Assembly (NCBI GenBank): GCA_964541225.1
Contig: CAZIPN010000011.1
Span: 17,976-63,438 of the forward strand
Length of the DNA stretch: 45,463 bases
Source: an uncultured Eubacteriales bacterium
GTDB taxonomy: Bacteria > Actinomycetota > Coriobacteriia > Anaerosomatales > JAAXUF01
Reading direction: 5' to 3'
Below the pieces are notes generated by a model. It was given only the letters and a program-made list of their open reading frames with translations, made no database searches and had not been told where the DNA came from. Made by a program: the position numbers and the translations under genes. Shown here piece after piece: positions 20,419 through 33,465 of this stretch (position 1 is the first letter of the stretch; the number at the start of each line of letters is the position of its first letter).

Positions 20419-22002
20419 CTACAGCTCCACGTACCATGCGCTCTCGACATCCAAGCTTTCCGAAATGCGCGCCAGCGTCTCAGCCGACAGCGACGAGTCA
20501 AGGTTGAGCCCCATCAGCGCGGTGCCACCAGCCTCCATGCGGCCGACATCCATGGTCGCGATGTTGACCTCGGCCTCGCCGATGATCGTTCCGATCTTGC
20601 CGATAACGCCGGGCCGGTCCTTATACAGGAAGAACGCCATATTCTTGCTGGGCGCCATGTCGAGTTCGTAGCCGAGCAGCGACACAATCCTCGGCTGGTC
20701 CCTCTTGCCGAGAAGCGCCGCGCCGATCTCGATCTTGCCACCTGGAGTGACCGCGCGAAGCACCAGCAGCGAGACGTAGTCGTGCGTTTCCGGGCGCTTG
20801 GTCTCCGTGATCGAGATGCCCCGCTGCTCGGCGAAGTACTCGGCGTTGACGAAGTTCACGCCCTCGTCGCTGACCCGTGTGAGCAGGCCTTTGACAGCTG
20901 CAGTGCGCACGATGCGTGTGTCGTCCTCGGCGAGTGCGCCGATCGTGAGCACATCGAGTTCCTCTACGCCGCTTGCGATCTGCGCAAGCATGCTGCCGAG
21001 ATCCTGCGCCAGATCGATGAACGGGCCGACCTTCTCCATGACCTCTGGTGGCACCGGCGCGACGTTGACGGCGGTCGGCACCATGCGGCCCTCCAGGCCC
21101 AGCGACACATACTCGGCGATCTGCTCGCCCGCGCGATCCTGCGCCTCAGACGTCGACGCGCCCAGGTGAGGCGTGAGCACCACGGTGTCGAACTCGATGA
21201 GCTCAGAGTCCGTACACGGCTCAACCTCAAAGACATCGATACCGGCACCAGCCACCTTGCCACTTCTGATCGCGTCGGCAAGCGCGGGGATCTGATAGAT
21301 GCCCCCGCGTGCGGTGTTGACGAGCCGCACACCGTCCTTCATCTTGGCGAACTGCTCGGCGCCGAACATGCCGATGGTGTCCTTGGTCTTGGGCAGGTGC
21401 ACCGTGATGAAGTCGGCCTGGGGCAGCAGTTCGTCGACGGAGTCAAAGAGCGTCACGCCCATCTTCGCAGCGCGCTCCTCAGACGTGTAGGGATCGTAGG
21501 CGATGAGGTTCATCCCGAAACCGCGAGCGCGCTCGGCGACAAGGGAGCCAATGCGCCCGAGCCCGACGATCGCGAGCGTCTTCTCGTACAGCTCGGTGCC
21601 CGTGAACTTGGAGCGCTCCCACTTGCCGGCATGCATCGACGTGTTGGCCTGTGCCGTCTTGCGAGCCACCGCCAGGATGAGCGCCATGGTCTGCTCGGCG
21701 GCGGAGACGATGTTTGACGTCGGCGCGTTGCAGACGATCACGCCGCGCTCAGTGGCGGCTTCGACGTCAACGTTGTCGACCCCGACGCCTGCGCGTCCGA
21801 TGATCTTGAGGTTCGTGCCCGCTTCAATGACCTCACGAGTGGCGCGCGTCGCCGAGCGCACGATGAGCGCGTCGTAGGCGCCAATCTCGGCAACGAGAGT
21901 CTCTGGTGTCAGATCGGTCTTCACATCGACATCGAACTTGCCCTTGAGCAGTTCGATGCCGGCATCGGCGATCTTCTCGGCGACCAGTACCTTCATGTGC
22001 AT
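20419..22002 (-). CDS. serA: D-3-phosphoglycerate dehydrogenase (with ASB/ACT domains)
   Basis: GRAGVGVDNVD, GLGRIG and TPHLGAST motifs; C-terminal DRPGVIG ACT domain. Confidence 0.96.
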   Translation of the reverse strand: MHMKVLVAEKIADAGIELLKGKFDVDVKTDLTPETLVAEIGAYDALIVRSATRATREVIEAGTNLKIIGRAGVGVDNVDVEAATERGVIVCNAPTSNIVSAAEQTMALILAVARKTAQANTSMHAGKWERSKFTGTELYEKTLAIVGLGRIGSLVAERARGFGMNLIAYDPYTSEERAAKMGVTLFDSVDELLPQADFITVHLPKTKDTIGMFGAEQFAKMKDGVRLVNTARGGIYQIPALADAIRSGKVAGAGIDVFEVEPCTDSELIEFDTVVLTPHLGASTSEAQDRAGEQIAEYVSLGLEGRMVPTAVNVAPVPPEVMEKVGPFIDLAQDLGSMLAQIASGVEELDVLTIGALAEDDTRIVRTAAVKGLLTRVSDEGVNFVNAEYFAEQRGISITETKRPETHDYVSLLVLRAVTPGGKIEIGAALLGKRDQPRIVSLLGYELDMAPSKNMAFFLYKDRPGVIGKIGTIIGEAEVNIATMDVGRMEAGGTALMGLNLDSSLSAETLARISESLDVESAWYVEL

Positions 22003-22005
22003 GCC

Positions 22006-23151
22006 CTACCCTTCCATGAAGACGGTTTCGGCCGCCTTGATTCCGGCGCCGCGCTCGAAGGAGTAGCCGAGTTCGGCGAGCGTCATCTCCAGAGCGGCCA
22101 GCGTCACGATGATGTCGAACGGCCCGAAGTAGCCGAGATGCCCGATGCGGAATATCTTGCCGGCGTAGTCGTCCTGGCCACCGGCGATCGTGACACCATG
22201 CTTGTCCTTGAGGATCTTGACGATCGCCTTGCCGTCGATGCCCTCGGGAACCCACACGGGCGTCACCGCGCTGCCGCGACCTTCCGGCGGGGCGAAGAGC
22301 GTGAGCTCCAGCGCCTCGCACCCTTTGCGGGTGGCCTCGGCCAGACGAGAATGGCGGGCGATCGTGTTCTCGATGCCCTCCTCCTCGATCATCTTCAGCG
22401 AATCGTTCAGGCCGAGCACCAGCGTGACGGCGGGCGTGAACGGGGTGGTGTCCTTGGCGATGCTCTTCTTGTACTTCATCCAGTCGAAGTAGTACTTGGG
22501 CAGAGTCGAGCGCTCATAGGCCCGCCATGCCTTGGGCGAAACGCTGCACGCGGCCAGACCTGGCGGCAGCATCAGACCCTTCTGCGAGCCCGTCATGACC
22601 ACGTCCAGGCCCCACTCATCGGTCTTGCACTCGACCGCGCCGATACCGGTGATCGAGTCGACGATGAGCACCACATCTTCGTATGGCCGCACGATCTCGC
22701 CGATCGCCTTCACGTCGTTGAGCACGCCGGAGCTGGTCTCGGACTGCGTAACGATGACGCCGCGCGCCTCGGGGTGCTCGGCAAGCGCTGCGGCGACGTC
22801 GGCAGGCTTGACGACCTCAGTCCAGGCGTAGGACAGGTCGATCACGTTCAGCCCATAGACCTCGGCAATCTGCTTCTGCCGGTCGCCGAACTTCCCGTTG
22901 CGACACACGATGACCGTGTCGCCCGCCGAGAAGCAGTTGACGATGGCCGACTCCATGACCCCCGTGCCAGACGCGGCGAAGAGCAGCACATCACTCTCGG
23001 TCTGGAAGACGTACTTGAGTCCCTTGATCGACTCGGCAAACGCTGCCGAGAAATCCGGGGTGCGGTGGTGAATGATGGGTTTGGCCATGGCGAGCATGAC
23101 CTCGGCTGGGACCGGGGTCGGCCCTGGCGTCATCAGATACTTCTTTTGCAT
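22006..23151 (-). CDS. Class V PLP aminotransferase (AGXT/serine-pyruvate type; probable phosphoserine aminotransferase)
   Basis: LMTPGPT, HHR, SGTG, ETSSG, GSQKGLMLPPG and FRIGHLG motifs; 3 nt upstream of serA. Confidence 0.9.
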   Translation of the reverse strand: MQKKYLMTPGPTPVPAEVMLAMAKPIIHHRTPDFSAAFAESIKGLKYVFQTESDVLLFAASGTGVMESAIVNCFSAGDTVIVCRNGKFGDRQKQIAEVYGLNVIDLSYAWTEVVKPADVAAALAEHPEARGVIVTQSETSSGVLNDVKAIGEIVRPYEDVVLIVDSITGIGAVECKTDEWGLDVVMTGSQKGLMLPPGLAACSVSPKAWRAYERSTLPKYYFDWMKYKKSIAKDTTPFTPAVTLVLGLNDSLKMIEEEGIENTIARHSRLAEATRKGCEALELTLFAPPEGRGSAVTPVWVPEGIDGKAIVKILKDKHGVTIAGGQDDYAGKIFRIGHLGYFGPFDIIVTLAALEMTLAELGYSFERGAGIKAAETVFMEG

Positions 23152-23213
23152 GTGGTGCTCTCCTTACAGTCCAGGCATTTCTTCAGGCTATGAACTCCGG
23201 CAGTAGTGCGACC

Positions 23214-26613
<3,400 letters not shown>

Positions 26614-26617
<4 letters not shown>

Positions 26618-28281
26618 GAAAGCACCGCCCCCTTGTCCGCACTCGAAACCAGCTTTGCGTACCGCTCAAGGACGCCAGACGTCGCACGCGGAGCAGGCGG
26701 TGTAAGCCCCGCGCGCCGACGCTCCAGTTCGCTTTCGGTGACGTTGAGTGTCAGCGTCGCCGCGTCGATATCGACGGTGATCGAGTCGCCCTCGGCGATG
26801 AGCGCTATCGGACCGCCCGCCGCAGCCTCTGGCGAGACGTGCCCCACTGCCGGACCCTTGGTCGCGCCGGAGAAGCGCCCGTCGGTGATGAGCGCGACAC
26901 TCGAGGAAAGTCCCATACCACTGATCGCCGAGGTTGGCGTGAGCATCTCCCGCATACCCGGGCCGCCCTTCGGCCCTTCGTAGCGGATGACGACGACATC
27001 ACCGGCCACAATCCCGCCGCCGAGAATCGCCGCGACCGTACTCTCCTCGGAGTCGAAGACGCGGGCGGGCCCCGTGTGCTGCCGCATCTCCTTGGGCACT
27101 GCGGACTGTTTGACGACAGCGCCATCGGGCGCGATGTTTCCGCGCAAGACACGCAGCCCGCCCTCAGGATAGAAGGGGTCGGCAGTGCCGCGCACGACCG
27201 TACCGTCGGCGGGACGCGCAGCGGCCGCGATCTCGCCTGCGGTCTGGCCGCTCACGGTCATCGCATCCCGCGCGAGAAGCCCGATGCTGTCCAGCTCGTG
27301 CATGATCGTCGGAATGCCGCCGACGGCGTAGAGGTCCTCCATGTGCCGCTCACTCGCGGGGCTGATGCGCACCAAGTTCGGCGTCTTTGCCGAGACACCC
27401 GCCCAGTCATCGAGCGTGATGTCGGCATCGGCCTCATGCGCGATGGCCGTCAGATGCAGCACGGTGTTCGAGCTGCCACCAAACGCCATGTCGAGCGTCA
27501 TGGCGTTCTTGATCGCGTCGGCGGTCATGATCTGCCGAGCAGTCACGCCTTCTTCGAGCAGACGCATCACGCGCATGCCCGCGTGCTTGGCCAGCCGAAT
27601 GCGCTCCGAGTACACGGCCGGAATCGTGCCGTTGCCCGGCAGGCCCATGCCGATGGCCTCGGTCAGGCAGTTCATCGAGTTGGCAGTGAACAGACCGGCG
27701 CAGCTTCCGCAGGTCGGGCATGCGTTCTCCTCGAGTTCGAGCAGGTCCTCGTCGCTCATGGCGCCAGCCGTGACCTTGCCGACCGCGGTGAACACCGTGT
27801 CCAGATCGACCGCCTCGCCCGCAGGCCCGCGACCGGCCAGCATCGGACCACCGCTGACGACGACTGTCGGCAAGTCCATGCGCGCGGCAGCCATCAGCAT
27901 GCCCGGAATGATCTTGTCGCAGTTTGGGATCATGACGACCGCGTCAAACGCGTGCGCGGAGACCGCGATCTCAACTGAGTCGGCGATGACCTCACGACTA
28001 GCAAGCGAGAAGCGCATGCCTCCGTGGTTCATCGCGATGCCGTCGCACACACCGATGGTCGAGATCTCGAGCGGCGTTCCGCCGGCGATGCGGATGCCTG
28101 TCTTCACGGCCTCGCTGATCTTGTCCAGCATCAGGTGGCCGGGGATGATCTCGTTCGCCGAGTTGATGACCGCGACAATCGGCCGGGAAATTTCCTCGTC
28201 AATGAGGCCGTCAGCCTTGAGCAGGCTGCGGTGCGGAGCCTTGGACAGCCCACTCTTCATGCGGTCGCTATTCAGCTGCAT
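26614..28281 (-). CDS. ilvD: Dihydroxy-acid dehydratase
   Basis: [36 protein letters not shown] and TDGRFSG motifs. Confidence 0.97.
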
Positions 28282-28390
28282 CGTCCGCCCTTCCACTCAC
28301 GGGACGGAGGCGCCTCATATACACGGCCGCACGAGATGCGCGAGTGCCGCCGAGACGACTCTCGGCGAGCAACACATGAAGCGGGACACG

Positions 28391-28716
28391 AAAGCAAAGA
28401 ACCGCGGTAGCGCGTGCGGTCGCCCCGTGCCGGGACGAAAGCAGCTGCTTCCGCGGTACCACCCCGCTTGGCGCCCGGGACTCTCGGCGATTCAACACGC
28501 GAATCGCGAAGCGGGCGCCCACTCGTACGGCAGGTAACGGATGCCACCGACCCGGCCTACTTGTCCCTTTGGCCACGCGAAGGTCGTTCGCGTTTGGCCT
28601 CTAGCCGTTTGACCGGATGGCTCAGGGGCGAGATTCGAAGCGTCCTGCGCCGGGCTTTCACCATGACCCGACTCTCTGAAGCGAGGATTGGCCTCTACTG
28701 TCCCCGTCATCGCCAA
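28391..28716 (-). ncRNA. T-box riboswitch leader (probable Leu CUC specifier) with terminator
   Basis: Minus strand shows the GGCGATGA kink-turn, CAGTAG (loop E), CAGAGAG AG-box, GGTGAAAG distal loop and specifier loop GAATCTCG. Also stem II AAGTAG, CCGTTA stem IIA/B, stem III GGCGCCCG..CGGGCGCC, T-box AAGCGGGGTGGTACCGCGG (28469-28451), antiterminator partner CGTCCC, and a downstream stem followed by TCTTTGCTTT. Confidence 0.95.
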
Positions 28717-28740
28717 GTTGCACTGTTCGGTTGAACTCGG

Positions 28741-28770
28741 ATACTAACGCATGGCGCGGGCACAAGACAA
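28741..28770 (-). promoter_or_regulatory. Promoter of the T-box/ilv operon (TTGTCT-18-TAGTAT)
   Basis: Lies about 25 nt upstream of T-box stem I. Confidence 0.6.
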
Positions 28771-28878
28771 CCGCAGGTAGAAGGCGCAACGCATAAGCAA
28801 CACCTACCGCTCTTGATCGCGACCAACCAGCAGCGAGGTCTGATCCCCCGGAGACTTCGCGCCCGCGCACCGCGCGCC

Positions 28879-30072
28879 CTACAGTCTCACCCCAGTGACG
28901 AGCACCTTCTTGTGCGTCCCGTCAGCGTCCACGCGCGTCAGTGCCGGCGTCTCTTTCTGAATTGCGTTGCCCTCGACGTAGAGCAGCCCCGAACCGTTCA
29001 GGAGCCATTGCACGGGGTACGCGTCACGCCGAGTTGACAGGAGTGTGATCTTCTTGCCAGCTACGTCCGCCACATACATCGCCGAGTACCCGTCGTCGCC
29101 AACCATCGCGAAGAGTATCTTCGCGCCATCTGGGCTGGGAAACAGCTGGCCAGGGACCACATTCGTTCCTGTCGGCAATGAAGCGACCACCGAACTCTTC
29201 GTCATAGCCGCGTTCGCCGAGCCGAGCCACCCGGCCGTGATGCCCATCGAATCCTTGACGAAGTACAGGACGCCGGTGGAAGACCACGCGTAGTGGAGCG
29301 CTCCCTGGGCGCTCGGCACCGTGTACGTCTTGCGCGCGGAGATATCGACGACATGCAACGGGTCAGAGGCGTTCGCAGCGATGTGTCCGGTGTAGGCGAT
29401 TCGCTTCCCGTCCGCGGAGATCTCAGGCTGCGCGCCACTGCCCACCAGAAGCGCATCATGCGATCCGTTGCGATCGACGCGCCGTATGGAGTACCCCACG
29501 TCCGGGCTGCCAGCCGTGTAGGCAAGCCACGAAGAATCAGGCGCCCACGTGGGCAAATCGACGGCCAGAGGCAGCTGTGCCTGCGCCGCCGTCGCAACAT
29601 CGATCAGAACGCAGTGATCGGTCGCCGGGTTCGGCCCGCCTGCGAGCGCGAGGGTCCGGCCGTCAGGAGACAGCGCAAACGCTCCGGCGTGTGAATTTGC
29701 GATCGCCTTGGCGCCGGTTCCATCTTCCTTGGCGACCCAAATGCGATCGTCCTTGCGGTAGGCAACCAGCGCGGCTCGCACGATCTGTTTTGGCTGCGTG
29801 CCCGAGTTGGCTCCCGTCGTAGAACTCGCAGTTCCCGACGTCGCGGTCGATCCCGAGGTGCCGCTCGCAAGCACACTGGCCGACGTCGCCAGTGACGACG
29901 CGTCCGCCGAGGTCTCCTCGGCAGGAGTGTATGCGGGCGGCTTGTTGCCGGGGGTCCGCGTGGCAAGAACCGCGAAGGCCCCGACAGCAACGAGAATCAC
30001 GACGATCGACAGCACGCCGACAATGAGGAATACCCGCCGGTGGGCGGCGTCATCAGGGATCGGTTGGTTCAT
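28879..30072 (-). CDS. Membrane-anchored TolB/PD40-like beta-propeller protein with Ser/Thr-rich linker
   Basis: N-terminal TM helix, S/T/G linker, then repeated SPDG/WAPD/SADG blades. Confidence 0.8.
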   Translation of the reverse strand: MNQPIPDDAAHRRVFLIVGVLSIVVILVAVGAFAVLATRTPGNKPPAYTPAEETSADASSLATSASVLASGTSGSTATSGTASSTTGANSGTQPKQIVRAALVAYRKDDRIWVAKEDGTGAKAIANSHAGAFALSPDGRTLALAGGPNPATDHCVLIDVATAAQAQLPLAVDLPTWAPDSSWLAYTAGSPDVGYSIRRVDRNGSHDALLVGSGAQPEISADGKRIAYTGHIAANASDPLHVVDISARKTYTVPSAQGALHYAWSSTGVLYFVKDSMGITAGWLGSANAAMTKSSVVASLPTGTNVVPGQLFPSPDGAKILFAMVGDDGYSAMYVADVAGKKITLLSTRRDAYPVQWLLNGSGLLYVEGNAIQKETPALTRVDADGTHKKVLVTGVRL

Positions 30073-30094
30073 GCCATGATGCCCCCGCCCGCGC

Positions 30095-31183
30095 CTAGAA
30101 CGTCGCGATGATAGCGTCCGCGTACGCCTGCGTCCCCACACTTCCCTCAGTGCTGCCGGTGTTGGTGCGTTTGATGTCGTATGTCACGTTGACGCCCTCG
30201 CCCAGAACGCTGCGCACGCCAGCCAAGATCTTGTCGGCAGCATCCTTCTCGCCCAGATGCCGCAGCATCAGGACTGCCGAGAGGATCTCGGCGGTTGGGT
30301 TCGCCATGTCCTTGCCCGTGTATTTTGGCGCCGAGCCATGCACCGGCTCGAAAACCGCCGCGTTCTCGCCGATGTTGGCTCCAGGTGCAATGCCGAGCCC
30401 GCCGATGAGCCCGGCGGCGAGGTCGCTCACGATGTCACCGTAGAGGTTCGGAAGTACAACAACGTCGAACTGCTCGGGATAGAGCACGAACCCCATGCAG
30501 GTCATGTCGACGATGCGGTCCTCGAACTCGACGCGGCCTTCGTACTCGGCAGCCACCCTACGCGCGACATCGAGGTACAGGCCGTCGGAGTACTTCAGGA
30601 TGTTGGCCTTGTGTACGGCGGTAACCTTCTTGCGGTCGTTGGCGAGCGCATACTCGAACGCCCAACGCACGATACGCTCCGAGCCCGTGATCGAGATTGG
30701 CTTGAGCGAGATGCCTGAGTCGCGACGGATCGTCCCAGCGCCGTGTGCCTCGACGAAATCGATGAGTTCGAGCGTCTCTGGCTTGCCTTCTTCGAACTCG
30801 ACCCCGGCGTACAGGTCTTCGGTGTTCTCGCGGACGATGACGATGTCGACGTCGTCATAGCGAGCGCCCGTTCCGGGAATCGAGACTGCTGGCCGCAGGT
30901 TGGTGTACAGATCGAGCGCTTTGCGCAGCGCGACGTTGACGCTGCGAAATCCTGTCCCGACGGGAGTGGTGACTGGCCCTTTGATCGCGACCCTGTTCTT
31001 GCGAACGGACTCAATCACATGCTCGGGAAGCGGCGTTCCGTACTCAGCCATGACGTGCTCGCCCGCGTCGGCAATCTCCCAGTTGATGTCAACTCCGGTT
31101 GCTTCGACCACGCGCCGCATCGCGGTCGTGATCTCGGGGCCGATCCCGTCGCCGGGAATGAGGGTCACGGTGTGCTTCGCCAT
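30095..31183 (-). CDS. icd: Isocitrate dehydrogenase (isocitrate/isopropylmalate family), probably NADP-preferring
   Basis: TTPVGTGFRSVNVALR (SxNxxxR isocitrate motif), VRENTEDLY, HKANI and HGSAPKY (KY indicates NADP type). Confidence 0.82.
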   Translation of the reverse strand: MAKHTVTLIPGDGIGPEITTAMRRVVEATGVDINWEIADAGEHVMAEYGTPLPEHVIESVRKNRVAIKGPVTTPVGTGFRSVNVALRKALDLYTNLRPAVSIPGTGARYDDVDIVIVRENTEDLYAGVEFEEGKPETLELIDFVEAHGAGTIRRDSGISLKPISITGSERIVRWAFEYALANDRKKVTAVHKANILKYSDGLYLDVARRVAAEYEGRVEFEDRIVDMTCMGFVLYPEQFDVVVLPNLYGDIVSDLAAGLIGGLGIAPGANIGENAAVFEPVHGSAPKYTGKDMANPTAEILSAVLMLRHLGEKDAADKILAGVRSVLGEGVNVTYDIKRTNTGSTEGSVGTQAYADAIIATF

Positions 31184-31285
31184 GCAGTGTTCCTCCAGTT
31201 GTGTGTCAAGCGAGGTTTCGTGGTTCGTGCGGTGTCACGACGCAGATCGCGCATTCGAACTGTGCCCGATCCTGCCTCGAGCCGT

Positions 31286-31933
31286 CTAGGACTTCTTCCT
31301 GCCGCGTTTCTTCGGCAGGCAGGCGACGATGCGCGCTGCTCGGCGCTTGAGGAGGCCTTTTGCATTCTCGGCGTCAAAAGCCATGCGATCCGCCGCCGCG
31401 ATCCGCACCTCGTCAGACGCGCCCGCCGATACCATGCGATAGACGCTCGACAACATTGCGGGAAACTCGGGATCGCCATGATAGCAGCGGATTGCCTCGT
31501 CGATGAGCGGCCACACGCGCTCCGAGCGATACGCCGTCGTGGCGCCGTAAGCACATAGCATCCTGAACGCCGCCAGGCGGACCACACCGGACTCTTCGTC
31601 ATGCAGTGCCGTCTCAGCACCAGCAAGCGCCTTGTCAACAAGTCGCGCATCCACGCCAACGAGCTCTTCGAAGGCGCCGAGAACCTCCCAACGCGTTTGG
31701 GACTCGGGGCGATGCAGCGCATCAGCAAGCTGCGCCGAATACGCCTTGAGCTGCGCCGGATCGTGGGACGCAACCTCGTGCACTACCGATGCCGCTACCT
31801 GCCGAGATCTCCGGTCATCACCAGCCAACGCGTCAACCACGGCGCCGAGCAACTTGCCGTCCTTGCGAGCTTTCTCGGCAACCTCGTGCTTGTCGGCGTC
31901 AGGAGAAAAGCCGGACGCGGTGTTCTCTGCCAT
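31286..31933 (-). CDS. HEAT/ARM-repeat-like hypothetical protein
   Basis: Helical repeats (LADALH..E.QTRWE, ALHDEESGVVRLAA, DEVRIAAA) and a basic C-terminal tail. Confidence 0.75.
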   Translation of the reverse strand: MAENTASGFSPDADKHEVAEKARKDGKLLGAVVDALAGDDRRSRQVAASVVHEVASHDPAQLKAYSAQLADALHRPESQTRWEVLGAFEELVGVDARLVDKALAGAETALHDEESGVVRLAAFRMLCAYGATTAYRSERVWPLIDEAIRCYHGDPEFPAMLSSVYRMVSAGASDEVRIAAADRMAFDAENAKGLLKRRAARIVACLPKKRGRKKS

Positions 31934-32011
31934 GATTGAGCTCCGGAGGTCGGATTCGGCACCAGAAGGTGTTCCCGCTCGAGCGCCAGGAGGCGGGGCG
32001 AACGCCGCGAG

Positions 32012-32040
32012 ATTATAGCAGAGGCCGCACCGAGCCGGAA
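32012..32040 (-). promoter_or_regulatory. Sigma-70-type promoter (TTCCGG-17-TATAAT, extended TGC)
   Basis: Consensus TATAAT with TGn, 80 nt upstream of the HEAT-like gene. Confidence 0.7.
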
Positions 32041-32210
32041 TGGCTCGCAGGGGCTATCACACCATCCGTCCGCGAATTCCACACTGGCACAAACCTCTTT
32101 GGCCCATCTTCCCGCGAGTATTGCTCGCTACAGTCGATCGCAGCGCGGCGGAGCGAACGTCCAGGTCATGCCCCTAGTTGCGCGCCCAGCGACAGCACCG
32201 TGGCCGCGGA

Positions 32211-32795
32211 CTACTTGATCGACAGCAGTGTCACGCGGAACTTGACCGTCGCCTCGGGGGGAACGTCACCCTTGCCTACCTCGCCGTACGCAAACGTTGC
32301 TGGGATGATCAGCTCGCGGACGCCTCCGACCTTCATGCCTACGACGCCGTTGTCCAACCCCAGGATCACCTGGTTGGTTCCGATCGTGAACTTCATCGGA
32401 TGGCCGTCGTCGCTCGACGAACCGAACTTCTTGCCACCATCATAGAGCCAGCCAGTGTAGTCGAGTGTCACGGTCCTGCCTGGATCAGCGAGCATGCTGC
32501 CCTTGCCGATCTTGATGTCCTTGATCTTCAGCTGAGTTGGATCGCTATTAGCGCTTGAAGAGGCTGCCGTAGCGGCGGTCGGAGTCGGGTCTGTGCTGCC
32601 ATACCCACTTCCCATCGTAGCCGCCAGGCTCGCTCGTGAATTCAAGGCCGTTGCTGACGGATCGGCGGAATAGCCCGAACACGCACTTGCGACGAGGGCC
32701 ACTGCGCCCAACACCGCGAACAAGATGATGATACGAAGTGCTCGGCTCCCGACGGGTGAGGTGCGTCGGTCCGACTGAGACGATCGGCTAGTCAC
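32211..32795 (-). CDS. FKBP-type peptidyl-prolyl isomerase lipoprotein
   Basis: Lipobox ASAC, YTGWL, GMKVGG.RELIIP..AYG and VPPEATVKF motifs; SD AGGAGGAG. Confidence 0.9.
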   Translation of the reverse strand: MTSRSSQSDRRTSPVGSRALRIIILFAVLGAVALVASACSGYSADPSATALNSRASLAATMGSGYGSTDPTPTAATAASSSANSDPTQLKIKDIKIGKGSMLADPGRTVTLDYTGWLYDGGKKFGSSSDDGHPMKFTIGTNQVILGLDNGVVGMKVGGVRELIIPATFAYGEVGKGDVPPEATVKFRVTLLSIK

Positions 32796-32880
32796 CTGGC
32801 TCCTCCTGTATTGAATGGTCGCTCACTTTGCAAACGTCACGCGCAGCACGCGCGGACGCACTATCCTAGCACCATGGGGG

Positions 32881-33465
32881 CTAGCAGCGTGTCCCAACGA
32901 ACACATACGACGGCCCGTCTTGCGCCTGCAGCGTGCCATCGATCCCAACTTCAGCAAACATGCTGACCAGGTCGGTTGGGGCGACAAACGCGCCCGGCTC
33001 ACCCAACACACGCTCAAAGACGGAAGTCATCTTGACACCCACCAAACGTGGATCAGCCTCAGCAACAAGTACGCCACCCCCGCGCTTGAGCACGCGCGCC
33101 ACCTCAGCCACTGCTTTCCGCTGGTGACTGAAGTGGTGGAGCGCATCCACCACTATCACAGCATCAAACGAGCTGTCGGCGAAGGGAATGCTGGCCGCGT
33201 CACCAACTGTCGTACTGACGCGGGGGAGATCCTCGGCATAGCGAAGCATCTCAGGACTTGAGTCAAGCACAGTCACCGTGCAACGAAGTGATATCGCGAG
33301 GAGACCTCCCAAGTGCCCCGTTCCCCCACCCAGGTCCAGCACACGGCCTTCTCGCGCAACATAAGGCTCGAGTCTCTTCGTGATCGCCGAGACATCCTCG
33401 TGACTCCACCGCCTAGACGACTGATCGAATAGCGGTGCAGCCCACCTGAAGATCGCCCCCGACAT
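32881..33465 (-). CDS. Class I SAM-dependent methyltransferase (UbiE-like)
   Basis: VLDLGGGTG, GDA..IPF.D.SFD, LHH and RVLKRGG motifs. Confidence 0.88.
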   Translation of the reverse strand: MSGAIFRWAAPLFDQSSRRWSHEDVSAITKRLEPYVAREGRVLDLGGGTGHLGGLLAISLRCTVTVLDSSPEMLRYAEDLPRVSTTVGDAASIPFADSSFDAVIVVDALHHFSHQRKAVAEVARVLKRGGGVLVAEADPRLVGVKMTSVFERVLGEPGAFVAPTDLVSMFAEVGIDGTLQAQDGPSYVFVGTRC

